Origin: an uncultured Actinomycetes bacterium
GTDB taxonomy: Bacteria; Actinomycetota; Thermoleophilia; Solirubrobacterales; Solirubrobacteraceae
Direction of reading: 5' to 3'
Assembly (NCBI GenBank): GCA_963825415.1
Contig: CAWGTD010000009.1
Span: 196,400 to 260,399, forward strand
DNA length: 64,000 bases
Part shown: piece by piece, positions 48,329 through 57,298 of the stretch
Position numbering within the stretch: position 1 is the first letter of the stretch
Layout: every line of letters begins with the position of its first letter
Made by a program: the position numbers and the translations under genes
Notes under the pieces: generated by a model
Database searches by the model: none
What the model was told of the DNA's origin: nothing
Seen by the model: the letters and a program-made list of their open reading frames with translations, nothing else

Positions 48329-49541
48329 CAACGAGTTCCTGTTCACGTCCGAGTCGGTGACGGAGGGCCATCCGGACAAGGTGGCCGACCAGATCTCCGA
48401 CGGAGTGCTCGACGCAGTCCTGCGCGACGACCCCTACGGGCGCGTCGCCTGCGAGACGCTCGTCAACACAGGCCTCGTGGTGGTCTCCGGCGAAATCTCC
48501 ACGTCGACCTACGTCGACATCCAGGAGATCGCGCGCGAGACGATTCGAAAGATCGGCTACGTCGACGCGGACCTCGGCTTCAGCGCCGACTCCTGCGCGG
48601 TGCTCAACGCGATCGACAAGCAGTCGCCCGACATCGCCCAGGGCGTCGACAGCGCGTACGAGACCCGCACCGACCCGTCCGACGACGACGCGCTCGACGT
48701 CGCCGGCGCCGGCGACCAGGGAATGATGTTCGGCTACGCGACCAACGAGACGCCGTCGCTGATGCCGCTGCCGATTTCGCTCGCGCATCGGCTCGCAGAG
48801 CGCCTCGCCGCGGTCCGCAAGGCCGAGGTCGTCAACTACCTGCGCCCCGACGGCAAGACGCAGGTCTCCGTCCGCTACCGCGACGGCAAGCCGGTCGAGA
48901 TCGAGAAGCTGCTGATCTCCACGCAGCACAAGGAGGGCTCGGAGTCGCTGATCCCCGACGACCTCTGGGAGCACGTCGTCGAGCCGGTCCTGCCCAAGGA
49001 CCTCTACGACGCCAAGAAGCTGCGCAAGAACTTCCTGGTCAACCCGACCGGCCGCTTCGTCATCGGCGGCCCCGTCGGCGACGCTGGGCTGACCGGCCGC
49101 AAGATCATCGTCGACACCTACGGCGGCATGGCCCGCCACGGCGGCGGCGCCTTCAGCGGCAAGGACCCGTCGAAGGTCGACCGCTCGGCCGCCTACGCCG
49201 CGCGCCATGTCGCCAAGAACGTCGTGGCCGCTGGCCTGGCCGACCGCTGCGAGATCCAGGTCGCCTACGCGATCGGCGTCGCGCACCCGGTCTCGGTCGC
49301 CGTCGAGACGTTCGGCACCGAGCACATCGGCCGCGCTCGGATCGCCGAGCTCATCGAGGAGCACTTCGACCTGCGGCCCGGCGCCTTCCGCGAGGAGCTC
49401 AAGCTCCACCGGCCGATCTACCAGAAGACCGCCGCCTACGGGCACTTCGGGCGCGACGACCACGACTTCACGTGGGAGCGCACCGACAAGGCGGCCGCGC
49501 TGCGCGCAGCCGCCGGGCTGGCCGAGACCGCGACCGTCTAG
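48312..49541 (+). CDS. metK: S-adenosylmethionine synthase
   Basis: ATG 48312 lies inside track ORF 48216..49541. Intact 409 aa with [41 protein letters not shown] and AYAIGVA. Confidence 0.97.
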   Translation: MTQFADNEFLFTSESVTEGHPDKVADQISDGVLDAVLRDDPYGRVACETLVNTGLVVVSGEISTSTYVDIQEIARETIRKIGYVDADLGFSADSCAVLNAIDKQSPDIAQGVDSAYETRTDPSDDDALDVAGAGDQGMMFGYATNETPSLMPLPISLAHRLAERLAAVRKAEVVNYLRPDGKTQVSVRYRDGKPVEIEKLLISTQHKEGSESLIPDDLWEHVVEPVLPKDLYDAKKLRKNFLVNPTGRFVIGGPVGDAGLTGRKIIVDTYGGMARHGGGAFSGKDPSKVDRSAAYAARHVAKNVVAAGLADRCEIQVAYAIGVAHPVSVAVETFGTEHIGRARIAELIEEHFDLRPGAFREELKLHRPIYQKTAAYGHFGRDDHDFTWERTDKAAALRAAAGLAETATV

Positions 49542-49543
49542 CG

Positions 49544-50077
49544 CTACTGCGCCGGCGCGGGGGGCGGCTCGGTCGCCGGGGGAGCCTCGGCGGCGGGGGC
49601 CGCGGGCGGCTCGTCGCCCGTCTCCAGCGCGCGCACGGCCTGGTCGACCACGTGGCCGACCTCCGCCGGCTTGGCGACGCCGCGGAACGCGAAGTCGTAA
49701 TCGCCGCCGCCCGCCGTGTCGAAGTCGACGGTGCCGATCCGCAGCAGGCGCTGGAGGATCGACTGGTCGGTGTTGACGTTCTGGATGCGCTCGATGCGCG
49801 TCTCCTGCGAGCGCCGGGCGATGATTCCGCGGCGGATGTGCAGGCGCTCGTTGGTTACGAAATAGCGAATGCCCACGCGCTGGAACCAGCCGGCGAACAG
49901 GACGACCACGAAGATCACCGCGCCGACCAGCACGCCCCAGGTGGCGTCGTTCTGGATCAGGCCGGCGATGGCGCCGCCGGCGGCGGCCGCGACGAGGCCG
50001 AGGATGTAGAAGTGCAGGATCGAGCGCCAGCTCGGCCGGCCTTCGTAGAGGAGCTTTTCGGAGGTGTGCAGGTCCAT
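49544..50077 (-). CDS. Bacterial PH domain (bPH_2/DUF304) membrane protein
   Basis: Intact 177-aa ORF. YEGRPSWRS is followed by two TM helices, YFVTNERLHIRRG..IQNVNTDQSILQRLLRIGTVDF and a Pro/Ala-rich tail. Confidence 0.7.
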   Translation of the reverse strand: MDLHTSEKLLYEGRPSWRSILHFYILGLVAAAAGGAIAGLIQNDATWGVLVGAVIFVVVLFAGWFQRVGIRYFVTNERLHIRRGIIARRSQETRIERIQNVNTDQSILQRLLRIGTVDFDTAGGGDYDFAFRGVAKPAEVGHVVDQAVRALETGDEPPAAPAAEAPPATEPPPAPAQ

Positions 50078-50102
50078 CGTGCGCCGACCCTATCGTGGGC
50101 CG

Positions 50103-52148
50103 GTGCCGTCGGTCGTCGCCAAGGTCGAACCCCTCACCACGGCTCGCGCGCTGCGCGGGCCGTTCGACTACCTGCGGCCCGAGGGGGTGGAGGTCGGCGC
50201 GCTTCTGGAGGTCCCCTTCGGCCGCCAGACGCTCGTCGGAGTGGTGACCGGGCTGGCCGACACCTCCGAGCACGATCTCGTCACGCCACGGCGGGTGCTC
50301 GCCCAGTCGCTGCCCGCCGACCTGGTCGAGCTCGCCCTGTGGATGGCGGCCGAGTACTGCTCCACGCCGGCCCGTGCGCTCACGCTCGTCTCGCCGCCCT
50401 CCGGCGCACAGACCAAGACCGCGCTGTGGGCCCACGCCGTCGCCGAGCCCGGTGACGAACGGCTCACCGAGCGCCAGCGCGCGCTGCTCGCCTCGCTGCC
50501 GCGGCCGACGGGCCCGGACCTGCCCGCCCTGCGGCGCCTGGAGGCTCGCGGGCTGGTGCGGATCGACCCCCACGCGGTTCGCCGGGCGCCCGTGCACACC
50601 GCGGTTGGTGCGCGGAGGCCCGACCCACCGCCGTTGACCGCCGAGCAGCAGGCCGCCCTCGGCGCGATCCTGGCCGCGGCTCCCGGCGAGCAGCTGCTGC
50701 TGCACGGCGTGACCGGGTCGGGCAAGACCGAGGTCTACCTGCGCGCTGTCGGCGAGGCGCTGGCCAGGGGGGAGGGAGCGATCGTCCTGGTGCCCGAGAT
50801 CGGGCTGACGCCGCAGATCGTCTCGCGCTTCGTCGATCGCTTCGGCGACACCGTCGCGGTCCTGCATTCGCGGCTGTCGGCCGGCGAGCGCCACGACGAG
50901 TGGGCGCGCCTGCGCGCGGGTGCGGCGCGCGTGTGCGTCGGCCCGCGGTCGGCCGTCTTCGCTCCGATCGCCCGGCTCGGCCTGGTCGTCGTCGACGAGG
51001 AGCACGACAGCTCTTACAAGCACGAGGGCGACCCCCGTTACGACGCGCGCGCGGTCGCCGCCCAGCGGGCGCGCCTCGCCGGCGCGGTGCTCGTCGCCGG
51101 CAGCGCCACCCCGCGGCCCGAGAGCTTCCACGCGATGCGCCGGCTGCGGCTGGCCGCGCGCGTCGACGGTGCGCGGCTGCCCGCGGTCGAGATGGTCGAC
51201 ATGCGCGAGGCGCGCCGGGCGCTGCACCCGGTCACGGTGCACGCGCTGCACGACGCCGCGAAGAGCATCGTCCTGCTCAACCGCCGCGGCTGGTCGAACT
51301 TCATGACCTGTCGCTCGTGCGGGCAGGTGTGGATGTGCCCGGACTGCGACGTGTCGCTGGTGCTGCACCGCACAGACGGCCTGCTGGCCTGCCACCACTG
51401 CGGCCACCGCGAGCAGGTGCCCGCGCGCTGCGACGCGTGCGGTTCGGTCTCGATCGGTCGCCACGGCACGGGGACCGAGCGCCTCGAGCACGAGCTGGCC
51501 GCGGCCGGGCACCCGGTCTTCCGCCTCGACGCCGACACGCCGCGCGCCGCGGCGGTTCTCTCCGCGTTCGAGCGCGCGCAGCGCGGCGTGCTCGTCGGCA
51601 CGCAGATGGTGGCCAAGGGCCACGACTTCCCCGACGTGACGCTCGGCGTGGTGCTCGACGCCGATGCCACGCTGCGCTTCCCTGACTTCCGGGCCGAGGA
51701 GCGGACGTTCGCGCTCGTGGCACAGCTCGCCGGGCGCGCGGGCCGCGGGGCCGCCGACGGCCGGGTGCTCGTCCAGACGATCGCTCCCGACGCGACGTCG
51801 CTGCTGCACGCGGCGCAGCACGACAGCGAGGGCTTCCTGGCGGGGGAGCTCGGTCGCCGCGAGGCGCTGCGCTACCCGCCGTTCTCGACGCTCATCCGGA
51901 TCGTCTGCTCCTCGTCCCAGCCCGGGGCGGCCGCGGCCGCGGCGGGGGCCGTGCGCGAGCGGCTCGACGTGCCCGCGCTGGGCCCGGCGCCGCTGTTTCG
52001 CCTGCGCGGCCGCGAGCGCAGCCAGGTGGTCGTCAAGGCAGCCGATCGGATGTCGGCGATCGCCGAGGTCGACGCGGCCGTGCGCGCCGTGGCGGCCGAC
52101 CGCACGCACAGGGCGGCTGCCCTCAGCGTGGACGTCGATCCGCAGTAG
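50103..52148 (+). CDS. priA: Primosomal replication restart helicase PriA
   Basis: Track ORF 50064..52148. I prefer the GTG 50103 start, which avoids overlap with the divergent gene. It has Walker A (GVTGSGKTEVYL), DEAH-like VVDEEHDSSYK, the Cys-rich zinc region (CRSCGQVWMCPDCDVSLVLHR..CHHCG..CDACGS) and GTQMVAKGHDFP. Confidence 0.93.
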   Translation: MPSVVAKVEPLTTARALRGPFDYLRPEGVEVGALLEVPFGRQTLVGVVTGLADTSEHDLVTPRRVLAQSLPADLVELALWMAAEYCSTPARALTLVSPPSGAQTKTALWAHAVAEPGDERLTERQRALLASLPRPTGPDLPALRRLEARGLVRIDPHAVRRAPVHTAVGARRPDPPPLTAEQQAALGAILAAAPGEQLLLHGVTGSGKTEVYLRAVGEALARGEGAIVLVPEIGLTPQIVSRFVDRFGDTVAVLHSRLSAGERHDEWARLRAGAARVCVGPRSAVFAPIARLGLVVVDEEHDSSYKHEGDPRYDARAVAAQRARLAGAVLVAGSATPRPESFHAMRRLRLAARVDGARLPAVEMVDMREARRALHPVTVHALHDAAKSIVLLNRRGWSNFMTCRSCGQVWMCPDCDVSLVLHRTDGLLACHHCGHREQVPARCDACGSVSIGRHGTGTERLEHELAAAGHPVFRLDADTPRAAAVLSAFERAQRGVLVGTQMVAKGHDFPDVTLGVVLDADATLRFPDFRAEERTFALVAQLAGRAGRGAADGRVLVQTIAPDATSLLHAAQHDSEGFLAGELGRREALRYPPFSTLIRIVCSSSQPGAAAAAAGAVRERLDVPALGPAPLFRLRGRERSQVVVKAADRMSAIAEVDAAVRAVAADRTHRAAALSVDVDPQ

Positions 52149-52160
52149 CCTGCCCCGCGC

Positions 52161-52751
52161 ATGTCAGACCAGGTCACCGACGAGGTCGAGGTCGAGGGCC
52201 CGGAGGCGGCTCCGTTCGAGCTCAGCGACGAGGCGCGCGCCCGGCGTGAGGTTGCGCTCGCCCACATCCGTCGCTACGGCGATCCGGTCCTGCGCACCAA
52301 GGCACGCGCGGTGGATCGCTTCGACGGCGCGCTGCTCGAGGAGATCGAGCGCATGGGCGGTCTGATGCGGGACGCCTTCGGGATCGGGTTGGCCGCGACC
52401 CAGCTCGGCGTGCCGCACCGCCTGCTCGTCTATCGCGTCGAGCCCGACAGCCCGGTCAACGCGCTGGTCAACCCCGAGATCGAATGGTCCTCCAAGGAGG
52501 ACGAGATCTTCGAGGAGGGCTGCCTCAGCCTCCCGGGGGTTCACGTCGACGTCGAGCGCTCGATCCACGTGCGCGTGCGCGCGCAGGACGAGACCGGGGA
52601 GGCGGTGAGCGTCGAGGCGTCCGGCCTGGAGGCGCGCGTCATCCAGCACGAGATCGACCATCTCGACGGGGTCCTGATCCTCGACCGCACCTCGCGGGAG
52701 CAGCGCAAGGAGGCCATCAAGGCGCTGCGCGAGGCTCTCGACGCGGCTTGA
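52161..52751 (+). CDS. def: Peptide deformylase
   Basis: Intact 196-aa ORF with GIGLAATQ, EGCLSLPG and QHEIDHLDG. Confidence 0.96.
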   Translation: MSDQVTDEVEVEGPEAAPFELSDEARARREVALAHIRRYGDPVLRTKARAVDRFDGALLEEIERMGGLMRDAFGIGLAATQLGVPHRLLVYRVEPDSPVNALVNPEIEWSSKEDEIFEEGCLSLPGVHVDVERSIHVRVRAQDETGEAVSVEASGLEARVIQHEIDHLDGVLILDRTSREQRKEAIKALREALDAA

Positions 52752-53605
52752 GCCTCGCCTACCTCGGCACCGCGGAGTTCGCCGCCGGCGTCCTGCGCCG
52801 CCTGGCGGACTCGCCCCATCGCCCGGCGCTCGTCGTCACACGCCCCGACCGGCCCCGCGGCCGCGGGCGCAAGCTGGCCAGCCCGCCGGTGGCGGATGCC
52901 GCGCGCGAGCTCGGGCTCGAGGTCGCGCAGCCCGCCGACGTCCATGAGCTGTCGCTCGACGCCTACGACCACGTGGTCGTGTGCGCGTTCGGCGCGCTGC
53001 TGCGCGAGCCGCTGCTCTCGCATCCCGGGCTGCTGAACGTGCATCCGTCGCTGCTGCCCCGCTGGCGGGGGGCGGCGCCGATCGAGCGGGCGATCATGGC
53101 GGGCGACGAGCAGACGGGCGTCTGCATCATGCGCGTGGTGCTCGAGCTGGATGCCGGGCCGGTGTGCGCCTCAGTTGCGGAGGAGATCCGGCCGGACGAC
53201 ACGTTCGGGACGCTCTCCGCGCGCCTCCAGCCCGGAGCTGCCGACCTCCTGCTGGGCGTCCTCGATCAGGTGCCCGTGTGCTTCGAACAGGGCAACGAAG
53301 GAGCGACCTACGCCGAGAAGATCAGCCCTGCCGACCGCCAGCTCGCGGCGCCGGAGTCGCCCGAGGTCAACGCCCGGGTCGTCCGCGCCCTTGACCCGCA
53401 CATCGGCGCGAAGGCCGGTGAGCTCGGCGTGTGGTCGGCCCGCGTAGCGGAGAGCGCGAAGGTCGCGCCAGGCGAGATCTCGGTCGACGACGAGGGCCGC
53501 GTCCTGTGGGGCTGCGGCGACGGCGCGCTCGAACTCCTCGAGGTCCAGCCGCCCGGCGGCCGGCGGATGAGCGCCGCCGACTACGCCCGCGGCCACCGTT
53601 CCTGA
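52748..53605 (+). CDS. fmt: Methionyl-tRNA formyltransferase
   Basis: TTG 52748 forms a TTGA overlap with the def stop, inside track ORF 52484..53605. It has YLGTAEFA, TRPDRPRGRG, LNVHPSLLPRWRGAAPIERAI and GATYAEKI. Confidence 0.9.
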   Translation: MSLAYLGTAEFAAGVLRRLADSPHRPALVVTRPDRPRGRGRKLASPPVADAARELGLEVAQPADVHELSLDAYDHVVVCAFGALLREPLLSHPGLLNVHPSLLPRWRGAAPIERAIMAGDEQTGVCIMRVVLELDAGPVCASVAEEIRPDDTFGTLSARLQPGAADLLLGVLDQVPVCFEQGNEGATYAEKISPADRQLAAPESPEVNARVVRALDPHIGAKAGELGVWSARVAESAKVAPGEISVDDEGRVLWGCGDGALELLEVQPPGGRRMSAADYARGHRS

Positions 53606-53635
53606 CGCTTCCGACCTCGGTGGTTCGGGTGCGGA

Positions 53636-53666
53636 GCGGACGCGCATCCGGTGGACCGGCGTCCGC
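53636..53666 (+). terminator. Hairpin downstream of fmt
   Basis: GCGGACGC-N15-GCGTCCGC is an 8-bp perfect stem, extendable with mismatches. It lies 31 nt after the fmt stop. Confidence 0.4.
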
Positions 53667-53715
53667 CTCCGTGTGGCGCTAGCTCGCCTTTGGCACGAGG
53701 CGGGTGTGGCGCGGC

Positions 53716-53957
53716 GGGGCAGTTGGGAAGCCAGGAAGCCGCCGGCTGCGCAAACCCGCGCGCCTTTCGCGAGCAACCGGGTCGATTCGGGCGCAGTCCC
53801 CGGCGCGTCGTCATCGAGTGGACGGTTTGAGTCGCTATGCGACTCTAAATGTCCACTCGATGAGATCGGGGCGCTTGGCGTAACGCCACACACCGGTTGC
53901 TCGCGAGAGACGCACGCGACTGCGCAAGCGGGCGCCTCCTCGCTCCCTGACTGCCCC
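53716..53957. repeat. Long imperfect palindromic repeat element, copy 2 (arms 53716-53780 and 53893-53957 around a nested perfect hairpin 53811-53863)
   Basis: The left arm GGGGCAGTTGGGAAGCCAGGAAGCCGCCGGCTGCGCAAACCCGCGCGCCTTTCGCGAGCAACCGG is an imperfect reverse complement of the right arm CCGGTTGCTCGCGAGAGACGCACGCGACTGCGCAAGCGGGCGCCTCCTCGCTCCCTGACTGCCCC. The centre is TCATCGAGTGGAC...GTCCACTCGATGA, a 13-bp perfect stem enclosing GAGTCGC-TAT-GCGACTC. Both arms align by eye with the arms at 27468-27709. Confidence 0.75.
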
Positions 53958-54230
53958 GCAGAACCACCCACCCCACACACACGCAACTGCGGCCGAGCAG
54001 GCGCCGCCCGATGCGGGCGGGGTGAGCCGCCTCGGCGGAACGGCGACCGCACCCCCTGGGTGTCGTGCATCGCCCACGCCCAGATGAGCCGGGGGCGCGA
54101 CGGGGGTCCGAAGGGCGCTCCCGCCCCGGAGCCGGAGGAGGGGTGGCCGGCGGACCTCCGGACGCGCTCATGCCCAACCGGCACGTCCGTAAGTGGTGGC
54201 TCCAGCGCTGGCAAATGACAGGCTTGGGCC

Positions 54231-55373
54231 GTGACCACCGCCCGCCGAGCTGCCCACCGCGTGGTGCTTCGCGTCCTCGAGCAGGGCGCCTACGCCGACC
54301 GCGCGCTGGAGGGCGAGGCGAAGGGACTCGACCGGCGCGACCGGGCGTTCGCGCAGCAGCTCGCCTACGGAGCGGTGCAGCGGCGCGGCTCGCTCGACCA
54401 CGTGATCGACGCGTTCGTCGAGCGCGAGCCGCCGGCCGTCGCGCGCGCGGCGCTGCACATCGGGCTCTACCAGCTGTTGTTCCTCGGCGGCGTGCCCGCC
54501 CATGCTGCCGTGGACGAGTCGGTGGAGCTGCTGCGCGGCCACCGTGCCGCCGGGATGGTCAACGCCGTGCTGCGGCGCGTCGCTCGCGACGGGTTCGAGC
54601 TGCCGGCCGACGACACCCCGTACGGCGCCGCGGTGCGCCACTCGCATCCGGAGTGGATCGTGCGCCTCTGGTGGGACTGGATCGGCCCCGACGAGACGCG
54701 CGCGCTGCTGGCGGCAGGCAACCGCCCCGCGGAGTTCGCGATCCGCGTGAACACGCTCGTCGCCGACCCCGGCGAGCTCGAGCTGCCCGACGGCCCGTTC
54801 GATGCCGCCTCGCACCCCGACCATCGCAGCGGCGCGTTCCTCGTCCAGTCCAGCGCTTCGCAGCGCGTCTCGACGCTCGTCGACCCGCAGCCGGGCGAGC
54901 GCGTGCTCGACTTGTGTGCCGCGCCCGGCAACAAGACCACGCACCTGGCGGCCCTGATGGCCGATCAAGGCGAACTTGTGGCCTACGAGCGCCATCCGGG
55001 CCGCGCCGGAGCGCTGAAGAGCACATGCGAGCGCATGCGCGCCACGTGCGTGCAGGTCGTCTGCGACGACGCGGCCAACGCGACCGGCAGCTTCGACCGC
55101 GTCCTGCTCGACCCACCGTGCTCGGGCCTCGGCACGCTGGCACGCAACCCCGACCTGCGCTGGCGAATGACCCCCGAACGGGTTGAAGAACTGGTCGCCG
55201 AGCAGGATCGCCTGCTCGCCGCGGCGCGGAGCTGCGTCGCGCCAGGCGGGCGCCTGGTCTACAGCGTGTGCACGCTCTCGCCGGCCGAGGAACGCTTGCG
55301 CACCGATGTCGTAGAGCGGACGTGGCCCCATCGTGACGTCACCGACGGGTTCTATATTGCGATCGATGGCTGA
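54231..55373 (+). CDS. rsmB: 16S rRNA (cytosine-C5)-methyltransferase RsmB/Sun family (NusB-like N-domain plus SAM MTase)
   Basis: Intact 380-aa ORF with a NusB-like N-terminus (RDRAFAQQLAYGAVQR), DLCAAPGNKT, the DPPCSG and LVYSVCT catalytic Cys motifs. Confidence 0.88.
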   Translation: MTTARRAAHRVVLRVLEQGAYADRALEGEAKGLDRRDRAFAQQLAYGAVQRRGSLDHVIDAFVEREPPAVARAALHIGLYQLLFLGGVPAHAAVDESVELLRGHRAAGMVNAVLRRVARDGFELPADDTPYGAAVRHSHPEWIVRLWWDWIGPDETRALLAAGNRPAEFAIRVNTLVADPGELELPDGPFDAASHPDHRSGAFLVQSSASQRVSTLVDPQPGERVLDLCAAPGNKTTHLAALMADQGELVAYERHPGRAGALKSTCERMRATCVQVVCDDAANATGSFDRVLLDPPCSGLGTLARNPDLRWRMTPERVEELVAEQDRLLAAARSCVAPGGRLVYSVCTLSPAEERLRTDVVERTWPHRDVTDGFYIAIDG

Positions 55374-55590
55374 GGCGGTCGACCTCGGGCCGACATGCCC
55401 CGACTGCGCGGAGCCGTGGCTACGTCCGACCAACCTCCCGGGCCGCTATCGCTGCGTGTACTGCCTACACCGTTTCGAGCTGCGGTCCGTCTGCCCCGAA
55501 TGTGGGGAGCACTCCACGATCGTGCGCATGAGCTCGACCGCGATCGTCAGCTGCAACGCGTGCGGAGCGAGCATGCTCCAGCAGCTGTGA
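55366..55590 (+). CDS. Small double zinc-ribbon protein (four CxxC pairs), function unknown
   Basis: ATG 55366 overlaps the rsmB stop, and its own stop overlaps the GTG of rpe. The 74-aa product contains CPDC, CVYC, CPEC and CNAC. An alternative GTG start at 55333 is the one used in the ORF track. Confidence 0.55.
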   Translation: MAEAVDLGPTCPDCAEPWLRPTNLPGRYRCVYCLHRFELRSVCPECGEHSTIVRMSSTAIVSCNACGASMLQQL

Positions 55591-56249
55591 GCACGCCCGC
55601 GGTTCGCCGGCGGCTGGTGGCGCCGTCGATCCTGGCGGCGGACTTCGGTCGCCTGCGCGAGCAGGTGACCGAGGTGGTCGCCGCCGGCGCGCGCATGATC
55701 CACGTCGACGTCATGGACGGCCACTTCGTCCCGCCGATCACGATGGGGCCGATCGCCGTGGAGGCGCTGCGCGACCTCGACGTCGTCCTCGACGTGCACC
55801 TGATGATCGAGCGCCCCGAGCGCCAGATCGCCGCCTTCGCCGAGGCGGGCGCCCACAACATCAGCATCCACGCCGAGGCCACGCCCAACGTGCACTTCGC
55901 GTTGGAGCGCATCCGCGAGCATGGCTGCCGGGCCGGCCTGGCCGTCAACCCGGCGACCCCGCCCGACATCTTTAATGAAATCGCACCCGACATCGCGCTC
56001 TGCATGACCGTCAACCCCGGGTGGGGTGGGCAATCCTTCATCGCCGGATCGCTGGACAAGGTGCGCCGCATGCGCGAGCTGCTCGGCGACGATGCCGACA
56101 TCGAGGTCGACGGTGGGATCGACGGGGCCACCGTGGGCCCGTGTGCCGTGGCCGGCGCGACGCTGTTCGTCGCGGGCTCGGCGATCTTCGGCGCACCGGA
56201 TCCCGGGGCGGCCTTCCGCGACGTCCAGAGCGCGGTCGACAACGCGTGA
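55587..56249 (+). CDS. rpe: Ribulose-phosphate 3-epimerase
   Basis: GTG 55587 lies inside track ORF 55395..56249. The product has APSILAADF, HVDVMDGHFVP, DVHLM, MTVNPGWGGQSF, EVDGG and VAGSAIF. Confidence 0.93.
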   Translation: MSTPAVRRRLVAPSILAADFGRLREQVTEVVAAGARMIHVDVMDGHFVPPITMGPIAVEALRDLDVVLDVHLMIERPERQIAAFAEAGAHNISIHAEATPNVHFALERIREHGCRAGLAVNPATPPDIFNEIAPDIALCMTVNPGWGGQSFIAGSLDKVRRMRELLGDDADIEVDGGIDGATVGPCAVAGATLFVAGSAIFGAPDPGAAFRDVQSAVDNA

Positions 56250-56300
56250 GGTGCGGCTACCCGTATTGCCCCGGGGCGGCGATCCGTCGACCATGAACCT

Positions 56301-56654
56301 GTGCCAATGACCGTGCTCGTCGTCGATGATCATCAGAGCTTCCGACTCACGGTGCGCCAGCTGCTCGAGAGCGATGGCTACGAGGTCATCGGCGAGGCGG
56401 GCGACGGGATGAGCGCGCTGCGGGCCTGCTCCGAGCTGCGCCCCGACCTCGTGCTGCTCGATGTGAACCTTCCCGACGTCGACGGCTTCGACGTCGCCGC
56501 CCGCCTCACCGCCGACGCCTCCGCTCCGGCGGTGATCCTCGTCACCAGCCGTGATCCCGCCGATTTCGGCCCGCTGGTCCAGCGCAGCGGTGCGCGGGGA
56601 TTCATCCCCAAGGCCGAGCTGTGCGGCGCGGCGATCGACGAGGTCCTCGGTTGA
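56301..56654 (+). CDS. Stand-alone response regulator receiver domain protein (CheY-like)
   Basis: Intact 117-aa ORF with VLVVDDH (acidic pair), LVLLDVNLPDVDG (phospho-acceptor Asp), VILVTS and FIPKA. There is no output domain. The start could also be ATG 56307. Confidence 0.85.
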   Translation: MPMTVLVVDDHQSFRLTVRQLLESDGYEVIGEAGDGMSALRACSELRPDLVLLDVNLPDVDGFDVAARLTADASAPAVILVTSRDPADFGPLVQRSGARGFIPKAELCGAAIDEVLG

Positions 56655-57298
56655 GGGTCATCGTCGCCGACGACCAGGTGCTCCTGCGCGAGGGGCTCGT
56701 CCGGCTGCTCGAGGAGGCCGGTATGGAGGTCGTCGCGCAGGCCGGCGACGGCGGGGACCTCGTGCGCAAGGTCGGCGGCCACAAGCCCGACGTGGCGGTG
56801 GTCGACGTGGGGATGCCGCCCACCCACACCGACGAGGGCCTGCGCGCCGCCGCCGAGATCCGCGAGCGTTTCCCGGGGACCGGTGTGCTGGTGCTCTCCG
56901 CGGACATCGAGGAGCGCGCGGCGATGGAGCTGTTCGCCGACAACGCCGAAGGCATGGGCTACCTCCTCAAGGACCGCGTCGCCGATCTCGATCGCTTCAT
57001 CGACGCCGTCCGCCGCGTCGGCCAGGGCGGCAGCGCGCTCGATCCCGAGGTCGTCAGCCGGATGCTCGGGCGCCAGCGCCGCGACGATCCGCTCGCCGCG
57101 CTGAGCCCGCGTGAGCGCGAGGTGCTCCAGCTCATGGCCGAGGGCCGGTCCAACAGCGCTATCGCCGAGCAGCTCGTCATCACCGAGCGCGCCGTCGAGA
57201 AGCACGTCACCTCGATCTTCTCCAAGCTCGACCTGAGCCCGACCGCGGAGGACCACCGGCGCGTCCTTGCCATGCTGGCGTACGTGGAGAGCCAGTGA
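56651..57298 (+). CDS. NarL/FixJ (LuxR-type HTH) response regulator
   Basis: TTG 56651 forms a TTGA overlap with the preceding stop. The receiver reads RVIVADDQ, VAVVDVGMP, VLVLSA, YLLKD. The LuxR HTH reads LSPREREVLQLMAEGRSNSAIAEQLVITERAVEKHVTSIFSKL. Confidence 0.88.
   Translation: MRVIVADDQVLLREGLVRLLEEAGMEVVAQAGDGGDLVRKVGGHKPDVAVVDVGMPPTHTDEGLRAAAEIRERFPGTGVLVLSADIEERAAMELFADNAEGMGYLLKDRVADLDRFIDAVRRVGQGGSALDPEVVSRMLGRQRRDDPLAALSPREREVLQLMAEGRSNSAIAEQLVITERAVEKHVTSIFSKLDLSPTAEDHRRVLAMLAYVESQ

Noticed and set aside
48237-52109. Very long antisense ORFs. Examples are 48237..52109 (1290 aa), 19103..21862 (919 aa), 328..2703 (791 aa), 57570..59924 (784 aa) and 38684..40369 (561 aa), plus dozens of 100-450 aa ORFs in the track.
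   Set aside because: They lie opposite or out of frame to genes with unmistakable family motifs. Their products are Arg/Ala/Gly/Pro-rich low-complexity strings without motifs. Stop-free alternative frames are expected at ~70% G+C.
53673-54218. ORFs inside the fmt-rsmB gap (53673..54218 +, 53845..54177 -, 53835..54077 -) and inside the scpB-oxidoreductase gap (27305..27550 +, 27575..27823 -).
   Set aside because: They run straight through the palindromic repeat arms and give low-complexity products. Any sequence that is its own reverse complement yields mirrored ORFs on both strands.
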